A DNA stretch of 64,000 nt from Candidatus Eiseniibacteriota bacterium (GTDB lineage: Bacteria > Eisenbacteria > RBG-16-71-46): positions 2,752,001 through 2,816,000 of the forward strand of contig OY970178.1 of NCBI GenBank assembly GCA_963707915.1, given 5' to 3'. The translations under genes were made by a program, and so were the position numbers. The notes beneath the pieces are model-generated. The model did no database searches, was not told the DNA's origin, and saw only the letters and a list, made by a program, of their open reading frames with translations. Below are positions 1-9,162 of the stretch, piece after piece. Numbering within the stretch: the first letter of the stretch is position 1; the number at the start of each line of letters is the position of its first letter.

Positions 1-2137
1 CGTCCGCGGCGGGCGGAACGGCGAGACCGCCGTCACGCTGGATGGCCTGAGCCTCAACGAGCCGCTGCGACGGCGCCCACTGGACGTGCCGTTGCTGGCG
101 CTGCGCAGCGCCGACCTGGTGAGCGGCGCGCCCGAGGCTCAGTACGGGTCGGGACTGGCGGGCACGATCGACATGCGCAGCGCGGAGCCGGGTGAGCGGT
201 TCTCGGGGGAGTGCCGTTGGCAGACGGCCCTCGAGGACCGGTGGTTCGATCGCGCGAGCGCGAGGGTCGGGGGCCCGCTCCACCTGCTCGGCCTGGGGGT
301 CCTGGCCGCGGGCGATGCCACGCTCGACGACACCTGGCTTCCGCACCTGCGCTCCGATGCCGGGATGAAGGTCGCGGGTATCCCGTTCGTCTGGCGAGCG
401 GAGAACCGCATGCTCGGATACGTCAAGCTGGCGCCGATCGACCAGTCCCGGCGCTTCGTCGCGCAGGTGCTGGTGAATCGGCAGCTGCACCGGCCCTACG
501 ACCCGAGCTGGTCGCTCGACGGGTGGGTGATCGTCGACCCGCTCTTCACCGGGCGACCGACCTTCAGCCAGGATTCGCTGCCGGGCTCCGTGCGCTACCG
601 CGCGGCGGACCATCTGGCGGTCACCGACGACCGGCAGTTCGCCGCGCTGGTCTCCGCGTCGACGATGGGCGCGAGGCGCCACGGGACCCTCAGCCTGGGC
701 TGGCTGCGGACGAGGACAGTCACTTCGGTCAGCGGCCGGCGGGGCGCCGGGTACATCGGTGCCGATGAGACCATCTACGGTGACCCGCGGGGGCTGGCCG
801 GCCCTCCGGGTGATCCATTCCTGGTGATCTGGGGTGACTACCCGCTCTATCGCGAGTCCGGGAGCGACGTCTATACGCTTCGCGGCGACGGCGAGGTCAC
901 GACTCCGAGCGGCGGCACGATCAAGGCCGGGGCGGGGACGACGCTCGAGCACGTGACCCTCCGCGAGCTGGACGGCACCTTGATCAACCGGCAGTTGGAC
1001 AGCCTGCGGGCCTACGACGCCTCCGCGCCCGGGCTGTTCGCCTACGTGCAGGGCCGCTGGTCGCTCATGGGCATGGTGGCGAACATGGGCCTGCGGGCGG
1101 AGTACTTCACCGCGGGCTCCGAGGCCGGCCACCAGACGCTGCCGGGCAGTGCGCGCGGCCTGTGGTCGCTCTCACCGCGGCTCGGCCTCACCTATCCGGT
1201 CTCGGTGCGCGACGCCTTCTCGCTGGCCTACGTGCGGGTCCAGCAGGCCCCGGGGCGCGACTTCCTCTACGACCAGCGCCGCCTGATCAGCAACCGGCAG
1301 CCGCTCGGGAATCCGGCGCTCCTGCCGGCGACGGTCGTCTCCTACGAGGCGTCGGTGAAGCACCTGTTCAGCCTGGCGTGGGCGGCGCAGACGTCCGTCT
1401 TCTTCCGGAACGTCTGCGGGCAGGTGGGCGCGCGGAACTATTACTTTCGCCCGAACGTCGCCGTGCCGTACTACACCAATGACGACGAGGCGTCGGCGCT
1501 GGGCTTCGAGTGGAGCCTGCTGCACACGTCCAACGCGGCCCGCCGGCTGGAGCTGCACTACACCTGGATGCAGGCCTGGGGGAGCGAGTCGCGCCCGGAG
1601 GGCGATCCCTACGGCCCCGTCCGCGCGATCGCGCGTGCCGCCGATCGCGGACGTGCCGCTCTCGTGGGACCGCCGCCACTCGATCCTGGCGAGCTTCGCG
1701 TGTCCGATCCGGGAACGCTGGTCCGTGTCGTGGTCCACGGCAGTGGGCTCGCCGCTGCCCTGGACGCCCAAGATGCGGCGCGAGCAGCTCACGGACATCC
1801 AGTTGGTCAACAGCAGGCGCTTCCAGTGGACGGAGATCACGAACCTGGACGTGCGTTGGTCGCCGCGCCCGGCGCCCGGTCTCACGGTCGCGCTCGAGGT
1901 GCGCAATCTGTTCGACCACCGGGGCGAGCGCGTACGCCACGGTGGACGGCTACCCGAATCCCATCATCAACACGCTGTACGACGACTACGGCGCCTACCG
2001 GACCGAGACCGGCAACGGGGGTGGCGCCTACTGCTCGACGGTCAGAACGGCGGACCGGCGCACTGGGTGCCGGTCCACGACCCGCGGCTCTTCTATCCTC
2101 CCCGCACCGTGCGGGTCAGCATGGGCTGCGCTGGTGA
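1..2137 (+). CDS. TonB-dependent receptor (5' truncated by window edge; several frameshifts near the 3' end)
   Basis: Frame from nt 2 reads VRGGRNGETAVTLDG (plug motif), then AQYGSGLAG, NMGLRAEYF, SPRLGLTYPVS and LGNPALLP. The C-terminal barrel pieces (PLSWDRRH, LEVRNLFD, PPRTVRVSMG, LRW-stop) are spread over three frames between about 1630 and 2130. Confidence 0.85.
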   Translation, partial: VRGGRNGETAVTLDGLSLNEPLRRRPLDVPLLALRSADLVSGAPEAQYGSGLAGTIDMRSAEPGERFSGECRWQTALEDRWFDRASARVGGPLHLLGLGVLAAGDATLDDTWLPHLRSDAGMKVAGIPFVWRAENRMLGYVKLAPIDQSRRFVAQVLVNRQLHRPYDPSWSLDGWVIVDPLFTGRPTFSQDSLPGSVRYRAADHLAVTDDRQFAALVSASTMGARRHGTLSLGWLRTRTVTSVSGRRGAGYIGADETIYGDPRGLAGPPGDPFLVIWGDYPLYRESGSDVYTLRGDGEVTTPSGGTIKAGAGTTLEHVTLRELDGTLINRQLDSLRAYDASAPGLFAYVQGRWSLMGMVANMGLRAEYFTAGSEAGHQTLPGSARGLWSLSPRLGLTYPVSVRDAFSLAYVRVQQAPGRDFLYDQRRLISNRQPLGNPALLPATVVSYEASVKHLFSLAWAAQTSVFFRNVCGQVGARNYYFRPNVAVPYYTNDDEASALGFEWSLLHTSNAARRLELHYTWMQAWGSESRPEGDPYGPVRAIARAADRGRAALVGPPPLDPGELRVSDPGTLVRVVVHGSGLAAALDAQDAARAAHGHPVGQQQALPVDGDHEPGRALVAAPGARSHGRARGAQSVRPPGRARTPRWTATRIPSSTRCTTTTAPTGPRPATGVAPTARRSERRTGALGAGPRPAALLSSPHRAGQHGLRW

Positions 2138-2228
2138 CGGTCCCGGCCTGATCCGGCCAGGCGGGCCCGCGCCGCCCGCCGGCCGCGCTCGACCGCCACC
2201 CCGGCCCGTTGTAGAGTCCGGCTCCGCC

Positions 2229-3027
2229 ATGGAAGACCTCCCCGGACTCACCCACGCGATCGTCGCCGCGCGCATCCCCTACGCGAACGTCGCGCCGTTC
2301 TACGCGCTCTGGCACGAGGCGCCCTTCGCGGTGCGCAACCTGGTGCCGCGCGACCTGGGACGCGAGGCCGAGGCCGGGCACGTGGACTTCGGAAGCATGG
2401 CCGCGGGCGACTACCTGCGGCTCAAGGACCGCTTCGAGCTGATCCAGCCCCCGATGGGCGCGGCGGCCCGCGGCGAGGTGCAGTCGGTGCTGCTCTTCTC
2501 GCGCCGGCCCGCCGAGGCGCTCGCCGGCGCGCTCGTCTCGGTGACGCCCGCGACCTCGACCTCCGTGCGGCTGCTGCACCTGCTGCTCGACGTGCGCCGC
2601 GGGCTGCGCGGCGTGCGCTACATCCGCGGCCTGGAGCCCGCGCAGGCCGACGCGCTGCTCGTGATCGGCGACGCCGCCATGCGCATGCGCAACCACCGGC
2701 CCGAGGGCTTCACGCACACGCTCGACCTGGGCGCGGACTGGCTGGAGTGGACCGGGCTGTCGTTCGTGTACGCCGTCTGGGCGGTGCGCACGGACGCTCG
2801 ACCCGGCGGTCAAGGCGGCGATCGGACGCTTCCTCGAGGCCTCGCTGGCGGCGGGGCTCGCCTCGCTGCCCGAGGTCGCGCGCCAGCAGACCGAGCCGGG
2901 CTGGCGGCCGGAGGAGGTCGAGGCCTACCTGCGGCGCTTCCACTACCGGCTCGGCCCCGAGGACCTGGACGGGCTCGAGCGCTTCGAGGCGCTGCTGCGC
3001 GCCCACGGCCTGGTCGAGCTGGACTGA
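2229..3027 (+). CDS. mqnA: Chorismate dehydratase MqnA (futalosine pathway); frameshift near 2795
   Basis: [20 protein letters not shown], Sx[32 protein letters not shown]. The C-terminus ([12 protein letters not shown]...[12 protein letters not shown]...GLERF) continues in another frame to TGA at 3025-3027. Confidence 0.85.
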
Positions 3028-3115
3028 AGCAACCGCGACCGCGCACTCGTCCGTAGACTCTTCGGATCACCCGCGCGGGCGACTCCCCGCGCCCACCCGC
3101 ACCAGGAGCACCACG

Positions 3116-3922
3116 ATGGCGACCATGCACGAAGTGGACTACGAGATCGTCGGCGACGACATGCAGTTCGTGAAGATCGAGCTGGACCCGGGCGAGGCCG
3201 TGGTCTCCGAGGCCGGCTCGATGATGTACATCGAAGACGGCATCGAGATGCAGACGATCTTCGGCGACGGCTCGCAGCACGCAGGGCGGCTTCATGGGCG
3301 CGCTGCTCAGCGCGGGCAAGCGCGTCATCGTGGGCGAGTCGCTGTTCATGACCGTGTTCCTCAACCAGGGGCAGGGCAAGCGCAAGGCCGCGTTCGCCGC
3401 GCCCTACCCGGGCCGCATCCAGGCCGTCAAGCTCTGCGGACGTCGGCGGCGAGCTGATCGCGCAGAAGGACTCGTTCCTGTGCGCGGCCAAGGGCGTGTC
3501 GCTCGACATCGCCTTCACCCAGCGCTTCGGCGCCGGGCTCTTCGGCGGCGAGGGCTTCATCCTCCAGCGGCTCAAGGGCGACGGCTGGTGCTTCATCCAC
3601 GCCGGCGGCACGCCACGAGGAGCGCACGCTCGCCGCGGGCGAGACGCTGCGCGTGGACACCGGCTGCATCGTGGCGATGCAGCCCACGGTGGACTACGAC
3701 ATCCAGATGGTGGGCGGCATCAAGACCGCGCTGTTCGGCGGCGAGGGCCTGTTCTTCGCGACCCTGCGCGGCCCGGGCAAGGTCTGGCTGCAGTCGCTGC
3801 CCTTCAGCCGCCTGGCCGGGCGCATCTACGCCGCCGCGCCGCAGACCGGCCGCGGCGGGCGCGAGGAGGGCTCGATCCTCGGCGGTCTCGGCGACCTGCT
3901 GAGCGGTGACCGCGGGCGCTGA
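3116..3922 (+). CDS. TIGR00266/AIM24 family protein (about three frameshifts)
   Basis: [94 protein letters not shown] occur in successive frames. AGGAG RBS upstream. Confidence 0.85.
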
Positions 3923-4009
3923 CGCCCGGGGACCCGGGCCGGCACGAGGGGGCGCCCGCGTGCGCCGCCAGCCTGGACGATGCATGACGCGCGGCGTGGA
4001 TCGTCCAGG

Positions 4010-5149
4010 CTAGGGCCGCTCGACGGGCGGCGGCACGGGGCGACGGAGCGCCTCGGCGAGGTCGGGACAGAAGTCGCCGAGCGTGGGGAAGCGGTCGCGC
4101 TCGCGCTCGTACCGCTGGAGCGCGACCAGCAGCCTCGGCAGGTAGGTGAAGCCGAGCCGCCACTGCAGGTCGAGCGCCTCCTCCGCGGCGTGGGCACCCT
4201 CCAGCCGGGCGACCAGCCGCACGCCCACGGCACGCACCAGGTGCTCGTCGGCGCAGACCTCCCAACGGGTGTAGCCCTGCGCCGCCATCCGCGCGCGCAG
4301 CGGCTCGAACAGCGCCGAGTCGGCGGCGATCTCGCGGCGGCAGGGATCGGGCAGGGTGCCGACGAAGACGTGGGAGAACTCGTGCCACAGCAGCGCCTCG
4401 AGCGCGTCGGGGTCCCAGAACCGCGGTCGCCCGCGCCCCGGCTGCGAAGGGCCGAGGATGGCGTAGCAGTCCACGATCCCCGGCGGGCGCTCGATCTCCG
4501 CGGCGTAGCCGCCGGCCTGCGAGAGCGGCGCGAGGATCAGGTGGTAGCCGTGCTCGTGCACCCCGAAGTACTCCTCGAGCGGTCCGACGACCCGCGTGGT
4601 CCGCAGGGCCCGCCGGGCCTGCTCGACCATCCGGCGAAAGCGGCGGGTGTGCGCGGCGTGGAAGTCCATGAAGCGGCTCTCGGCGGCGAAGTCGCGCAGC
4701 GAATCGAGGAACGCGAAGAGGCGCCGGCGCCCCCCGGCGCGGTCCTCGACGTACACCGAGAAGGGCGCGCGCAGTTCCAGCTCGGGCGGCTCGGCGAGGC
4801 GCAGCATCACCGCGGGCGGGGCGTCGAGCGTGAAGCCCTCGCGGGCCATCCGCGCGAAGAGCGTCACGGCAGGATGGTTCCGCCACGGCGCGAAACGCTC
4901 GAGCACTTCGCGCCGGTAGGCGGGATCGGCGCTGCCGAGCTCCGCGTAGCCGGCCAGGCACTGCACGGCGGTGAGCAGTTCGATGCGGGGGTCGACCGAG
5001 ACCTCGATCGGGGTCGGCTCCGCCGGGCGGACGGCCCGGCGCTCCGGGGCCGCGCCCGGCGCCTGGGCCGGCGCGTGCGAGGCGGGTCCGGCCGGGGCCG
5101 CAGCCGGTGCGGCGGCCAGCAGGCAGGCGATGGCGACGATCGGGAACAT
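4010..5149 (-). CDS. Secreted DUF4932-like protein with HExxH zincin motif
   Basis: Signal peptide MFPIVAIACLLAAA, then VDPRIELL, HEFSHVFV and a downstream EHLVRAV. Confidence 0.65.
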   Translation of the reverse strand: MFPIVAIACLLAAAPAAAPAGPASHAPAQAPGAAPERRAVRPAEPTPIEVSVDPRIELLTAVQCLAGYAELGSADPAYRREVLERFAPWRNHPAVTLFARMAREGFTLDAPPAVMLRLAEPPELELRAPFSVYVEDRAGGRRRLFAFLDSLRDFAAESRFMDFHAAHTRRFRRMVEQARRALRTTRVVGPLEEYFGVHEHGYHLILAPLSQAGGYAAEIERPPGIVDCYAILGPSQPGRGRPRFWDPDALEALLWHEFSHVFVGTLPDPCRREIAADSALFEPLRARMAAQGYTRWEVCADEHLVRAVGVRLVARLEGAHAAEEALDLQWRLGFTYLPRLLVALQRYERERDRFPTLGDFCPDLAEALRRPVPPPVERP

Positions 5150-5354
5150 CGGGCTCCCCCAGCGACCTGGATGAGCATAGCTCATGGCCGGAGTGCGCCC
5201 GCCGCGCCGGTCGGGTGCGCGGGTCCGTCCGGCACGGGATCGGGGGCCTCCGTGGCCGCCCCCCGGGGGCGCCGGGGGGGCCGGGCGCAACCCCGGCCCC
5301 CGGTCCGCCGTAGTCAGGGTGTCAGGCAACCAGGTCCCGGCCGGAGGTGCCACC

Positions 5355-5900
5355 ATGCGTACCGTCGTCCTCAGCACGATCCTCGCGGCGCTGGTCCTTG
5401 CCGGCGCCGCCTTCGCCCACGAGCACCATGAAGGTTCCGGCGGGATGCACGTCTCCGGCATCGCACCGCCGGTGACGTGGGCCGGTCGCCACGACCCGGC
5501 CCGCGCGCGGTTCGCGATCCTCACCGAGGACCGCGCCGCGGCGCTCGTCCTCACCCGCGACCGGGTCGCGATCCAGCTCAGCGACCGCGCGCTCCGCGAG
5601 CTCGACCGGGAGATCGCGCGCGAGCAGGACGAGGACGAGGACAACGCGCTCGCCGGCGTGATCAAGGGCGCGGTCCTCGGCGGCGTGCGCGCGCTGCTGG
5701 ACCACAGCCTGGAGTGCCCGATCGACGAATTGCGCGACGTGCGGTGCGAGGACGGGCGGCTGGTGCTGGTCACGGCCGACGGCCATCGCATCTTCGAGGA
5801 CATCGACATCCACGATCGGGCGGTCCTCGAGGGGTTCTCGGAGCACGATGCCCGGGCCTTCGCGCGGGAGTTCCGCCGCGCCAAGGACCACGGCCGCTGA
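5355..5900 (+). CDS. Secreted hypothetical protein
   Basis: GGAGG RBS, signal peptide MRTVVLSTILAALVLAGAAFA, coherent 181 aa ORF followed by a hairpin. Confidence 0.7.
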   Translation: MRTVVLSTILAALVLAGAAFAHEHHEGSGGMHVSGIAPPVTWAGRHDPARARFAILTEDRAAALVLTRDRVAIQLSDRALRELDREIAREQDEDEDNALAGVIKGAVLGGVRALLDHSLECPIDELRDVRCEDGRLVLVTADGHRIFEDIDIHDRAVLEGFSEHDARAFAREFRRAKDHGR

Positions 5901-5938
5901 CGCGCGCTCCCGTCCGTCCGGCGCGGTCGCCGCGAAGC

Positions 5939-5968
5939 CGAAGGGCCCGCCGCGAGGCGGGCCCTTCG
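5939..5968. terminator. Hairpin between convergent genes (probable bidirectional terminator)
   Basis: cgaagggcccgcc-gcga-ggcgggcccttcg, 13 bp perfect stem. Confidence 0.65.
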
Positions 5969-5993
5969 TGGGAAGACCGTGCGGATCGCGGGG

Positions 5994-7769
5994 CTAGCGG
6001 CCGAGCACCACGAGCCGGGTGATCGCGGTCCGGCCCATGGCCTCGAGCCGGGCGAAGTAGATCCCCGCGCCGACCGGGGCCCCGGAGCGCGCGATCGACC
6101 ACTCGACCCGGGTCGTTCCCGGTGCCGCCGGGCCGGCGAAGGGCGTGGCGACGCGGCGCCCGGCGAGGTCGAAGATCTCCAGCCGCACGTCCGCGCTGCG
6201 GCTCAGCGTGAAGCTCAGGCCGGTCGAGCGGAACGCCGGGTTCGGCGCGGCCGCCAGCGCGATCTCGTCCGCCGGCAGGCCGGCGTCGGCCTGCGGCGCG
6301 GTCGGCGACTGCGAGAACTCCGTGGCGACCGGCGTCGTCAGCGTGCCCTGCGCGTACTCGTAGGTGAAGGCCATGTAGTCCGCGCGGCAGGTGTAGCTGG
6401 AGCTCCGCGTGTTGGCGGAGACCCGCAGCCGGACTTGATTCGCGGCCGAGACGTAGGCGGCGGGCGTGGTGGTGGTCCAGGTCTTGGTCACGTCGCTGGT
6501 GCTCACCGTCCCCGAGTTGATCTGGGTCCACGCCGCGGTGCTGAAGTTGTAGAGGTAGAGCGTCTGCGTGCGGCTGACCGAGTAGTTGCCGTCGTAGGTT
6601 ACGGTCAGCTTGGTCGGCGGGTGCGCGAGCGTCGCGGACCCGTACCAGTTCGTCAGGTAGGTGCTCCCGGACTTCACCGAGGTCACCGTCATCCGGCTGG
6701 CGTCGTTCGCGGCGAGGTTGGTGACCGAGCCGCTCGTGACGGTGCCGGTGATCGTCGTGACCGTCGAGGCCACCTTGGTGTCGGTCAGCACGCCGCCGCC
6801 GCCGCCGCCCGTGCCGTTGTAGTAGGTGTCGGTGAAGCCGCTGCCGGCCACGGTGTAGGCCGCGCCCGCGCCGGGGTCGGCCTGCACCACGATCGTGCCG
6901 CCGACCTTGTCCCAGGACGCGTTCGGCGCGACTCCCGCGCCGGTCTCGGTCCAGTAGGTCTTCACGCCGGCGTTGTGCAGGTTGGTGAGCGCCGTGGACG
7001 TCGGGTGCCCGTACGAGTTGCCGTTGCCGACCGAGATGATGCCCACTTCGGGCGTGGTCGCGGTGAGCCACCCGGCGCTGGTCGAGGTCGCCGAGCCGTG
7101 GTGGTGGACCTTGTAGACCTCGACGTCGCCCATCTCGGAACCGACCGCGGCCTCGACGACGTTGGGCAGATCGCCGCCCAGCGCCTCGTCGAAGGCGCCG
7201 TAGGTCACCTTGTAGACCGTGCTCAGGGAGTTCTCGTCGCTGCCCGAGTAGACGCCCGCGCCGTTCAGGTCCACGCACTTGATGCTGACCGGGTTGGCCG
7301 CGCCGGCGTCGAGCGTGATGACCTGGTTCTTGGCGATGGTCATGCGCTTCGTGCCGAGGGTGTTGACGTAGGCGGTGTAGGTGGCGCTCGAGTAGGAGCC
7401 GCCGCGGTCGTAGCCGGCGGTGCCGACGGTGATGCCGATGGCGGCCAGGTCGTCGATGCAGCCGATGTGGTCGGCGTGGTAGTGCGTGGTGAAGTGGTAC
7501 TTGATGCTGGTGAGGCCCTGGCCCTGGAGGTAGGTCTTGATGCCGCTGCAATCGGTGTAGGCCCCGTCGTCGAACAGCGCGGTCTCGCCGAGCGGCGAGA
7601 CGAGCAGGATGGCGTCGCCCTGGCCGACGTCGATGTGGTGGATCTGCAGCTTGCCGTTGGCGGCCGCCAGCGCGAGCGCGGGAGCGAGGAGGAGGACGAG
7701 GGCGGCGGGGGCGAGGAGCCGCAGGGAACGGAGGGCACAGTCGGACCAGCGGACGGGGAACCGTCTCAT
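5994..7769 (-). CDS. Secreted ComEC/Rec2-type MBL-fold metallohydrolase with a Ser/Thr-rich beta domain and FlgD/T9SS-like C-terminal tail (copy 1)
   Basis: Signal peptide; IDVGQGDAILL, THYHADHIG (HxHxDH), YKVHHHGS, ISVGNGNSYGHP; C-terminal APNP...VRLEIFDLAGRRV...GIYFARL. Confidence 0.85.
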   Translation of the reverse strand: MRRFPVRWSDCALRSLRLLAPAALVLLLAPALALAAANGKLQIHHIDVGQGDAILLVSPLGETALFDDGAYTDCSGIKTYLQGQGLTSIKYHFTTHYHADHIGCIDDLAAIGITVGTAGYDRGGSYSSATYTAYVNTLGTKRMTIAKNQVITLDAGAANPVSIKCVDLNGAGVYSGSDENSLSTVYKVTYGAFDEALGGDLPNVVEAAVGSEMGDVEVYKVHHHGSATSTSAGWLTATTPEVGIISVGNGNSYGHPTSTALTNLHNAGVKTYWTETGAGVAPNASWDKVGGTIVVQADPGAGAAYTVAGSGFTDTYYNGTGGGGGGVLTDTKVASTVTTITGTVTSGSVTNLAANDASRMTVTSVKSGSTYLTNWYGSATLAHPPTKLTVTYDGNYSVSRTQTLYLYNFSTAAWTQINSGTVSTSDVTKTWTTTTPAAYVSAANQVRLRVSANTRSSSYTCRADYMAFTYEYAQGTLTTPVATEFSQSPTAPQADAGLPADEIALAAAPNPAFRSTGLSFTLSRSADVRLEIFDLAGRRVATPFAGPAAPGTTRVEWSIARSGAPVGAGIYFARLEAMGRTAITRLVVLGR

Positions 7770-7895
7770 CGGGGACACCTCTTCCTGAGGTGGGTGCGAA
7801 ACGGAGCGCGCAGCAGCCACGGACCATCCCTGGCCGATTCCTCGGGTCACGGGTCGTGGACGACCCGGGCCGTCACGCGCGGTTCCTGAGCCAGC
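7770..7895 (-). promoter_or_regulatory. Structured 5' leader with multiple GGA motifs (putative CsrA/RsmA sites), copy 1
   Basis: Minus strand carries CUCAGGAA, a GGGUCG-UCCA-CGACCC hairpin, CCGA-GGAA-UCGG, CAGGGAUG, and CACCUC-AGGAA-GAGGUG covering the SD. Homologous to 10936-11060. Confidence 0.5.
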
Positions 7896-8064
7896 CGCGA
7901 GGATAGTCACTCCGCTGCCCCGGGTGCCAGCGGAAAATCGACCCGCCTGCCCGACGGGCGCGCCTGGCGACGGCCGCGGCCGGCGGTGTTACGCTCGGAC
8001 CGGCCGCGTCGCGGCTCGAGTGTCCACGGCGGACGACGAGGGAGGACGAGAAGGTGCAGCCACG

Positions 8065-9078
8065 ATGACCGGGGCCGGGCCGAAACGCATCCTGGCCGTC
8101 CGCGTGGGCCGCGGCGGCGACCTGGTCATGATCACGCCCGCGCTGCGCATGCTGCTCGACGGCCTCCCCGGCGCGGAGGTGGACCTGCTGACCGGCGCCG
8201 ATGGGCCCCGCATCCTGCGCGGTTTCGATCCGCGCCTGGCGCGCTTCCACCTCTACCATCGCCGCTTCCCCGGCTCGCTCCTGCTGCGGCCGCGGCTGCG
8301 CGCGGCGCTGCGGCGCGAGGGGTACGAGCGGGTCTACCTGTTCGAGACGCACCCGCACTACCGCGCGCTCGTCGCTGGCGTCGCACCCGAGGTCCATGCG
8401 CTCGCGGGCGCCCCGTCGCCGCGGCACTACAGCGACCGCTGCCTGGACCTGGTCGCGCCCACGCTCTCCCGGCCGCAGGAGCGCGGTTGGATCTCCCTCC
8501 CGGTGACGGAGGCGGCGCGCACCGCGGCCGCGGACTACCTCGCCGCGCACGGGCTCGAGGCCGGCGACCGGCTGGTCGGCCTCCACCTGACGTTCAGTGA
8601 ATCCGCGCGCGGTCCGTTCGCCGGGCGCCGCGGCCTGAAGCACCGCGCATGGTCGGACGCCGCCGCGGCCGAACTGGCGCGGCGTCTCGTCGAACTGGGG
8701 CGTTCCCGGGGGCGTGCGATCCGCCCGGTCGTGGACGTCCTGCCCCACGAACGCGGGCTGCTCGCCGGATTCCTCGGCCGCGCGGGCGACGCCGTCACGG
8801 TGCTCTCCGGCCCACCGGACTTCGAGCGCTACAAGGCGGTGCTCGCGCGGCTCGCGCTGCTGGTCACTCCCAACACCGGGCCGATGCACGTAGCGGCCGC
8901 GGTCGGCACGCCGGTCGTGGCGCTGTTCTCGGGCTGGTCGCCCGCCGAGTGCGGTCCGTTCGTGCCGCCGGAGCGCTCGCGCATCCTGCGCGCCGAGGAC
9001 ACGGCCGAGCCCGGGCGCGGGCTGGCCGCGATCTCCGCGGAGGCGGTCTTCGAGGCGTGCGCGGCCCTGCTGCCTTGA
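8065..9078 (+). CDS. Glycosyltransferase family 9 (LPS heptosyltransferase-like)
   Basis: RILAVRVGRGGDLVMITPALR at the N-terminus; LLVTPNTGPMHVAAAVGTPVVALF at the C-terminus. Confidence 0.85.
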   Translation: MTGAGPKRILAVRVGRGGDLVMITPALRMLLDGLPGAEVDLLTGADGPRILRGFDPRLARFHLYHRRFPGSLLLRPRLRAALRREGYERVYLFETHPHYRALVAGVAPEVHALAGAPSPRHYSDRCLDLVAPTLSRPQERGWISLPVTEAARTAAADYLAAHGLEAGDRLVGLHLTFSESARGPFAGRRGLKHRAWSDAAAAELARRLVELGRSRGRAIRPVVDVLPHERGLLAGFLGRAGDAVTVLSGPPDFERYKAVLARLALLVTPNTGPMHVAAAVGTPVVALFSGWSPAECGPFVPPERSRILRAEDTAEPGRGLAAISAEAVFEACAALLP

Positions 9079-9111
9079 GCGGGGGTGGGATCGCGGCCTC
9101 CGCGAAGCGCG

Positions 9112-9135
9112 GGGGCCCGCCCTGCGGCGGGCCCC
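9112..9135. terminator. Hairpin between convergent genes, homologous to the 5939 hairpin
   Basis: ggggcccgcc-ctgc-ggcgggcccc. Confidence 0.55.
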
Positions 9136-9162
9136 GAAGTCGCGAACGCGCAAGCGCGGCGG

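Noticed and set aside
1..3922. Multiple frameshifts in the TBDR, mqnA and TIGR00266 genes as pseudogenes or programmed frameshifting
   Set aside because: The indels cluster near the window start, leave motifs intact and show no slippery sites. Similar single indels hit ftsH, gdh and fadD, so sequencing error is the simplest explanation.
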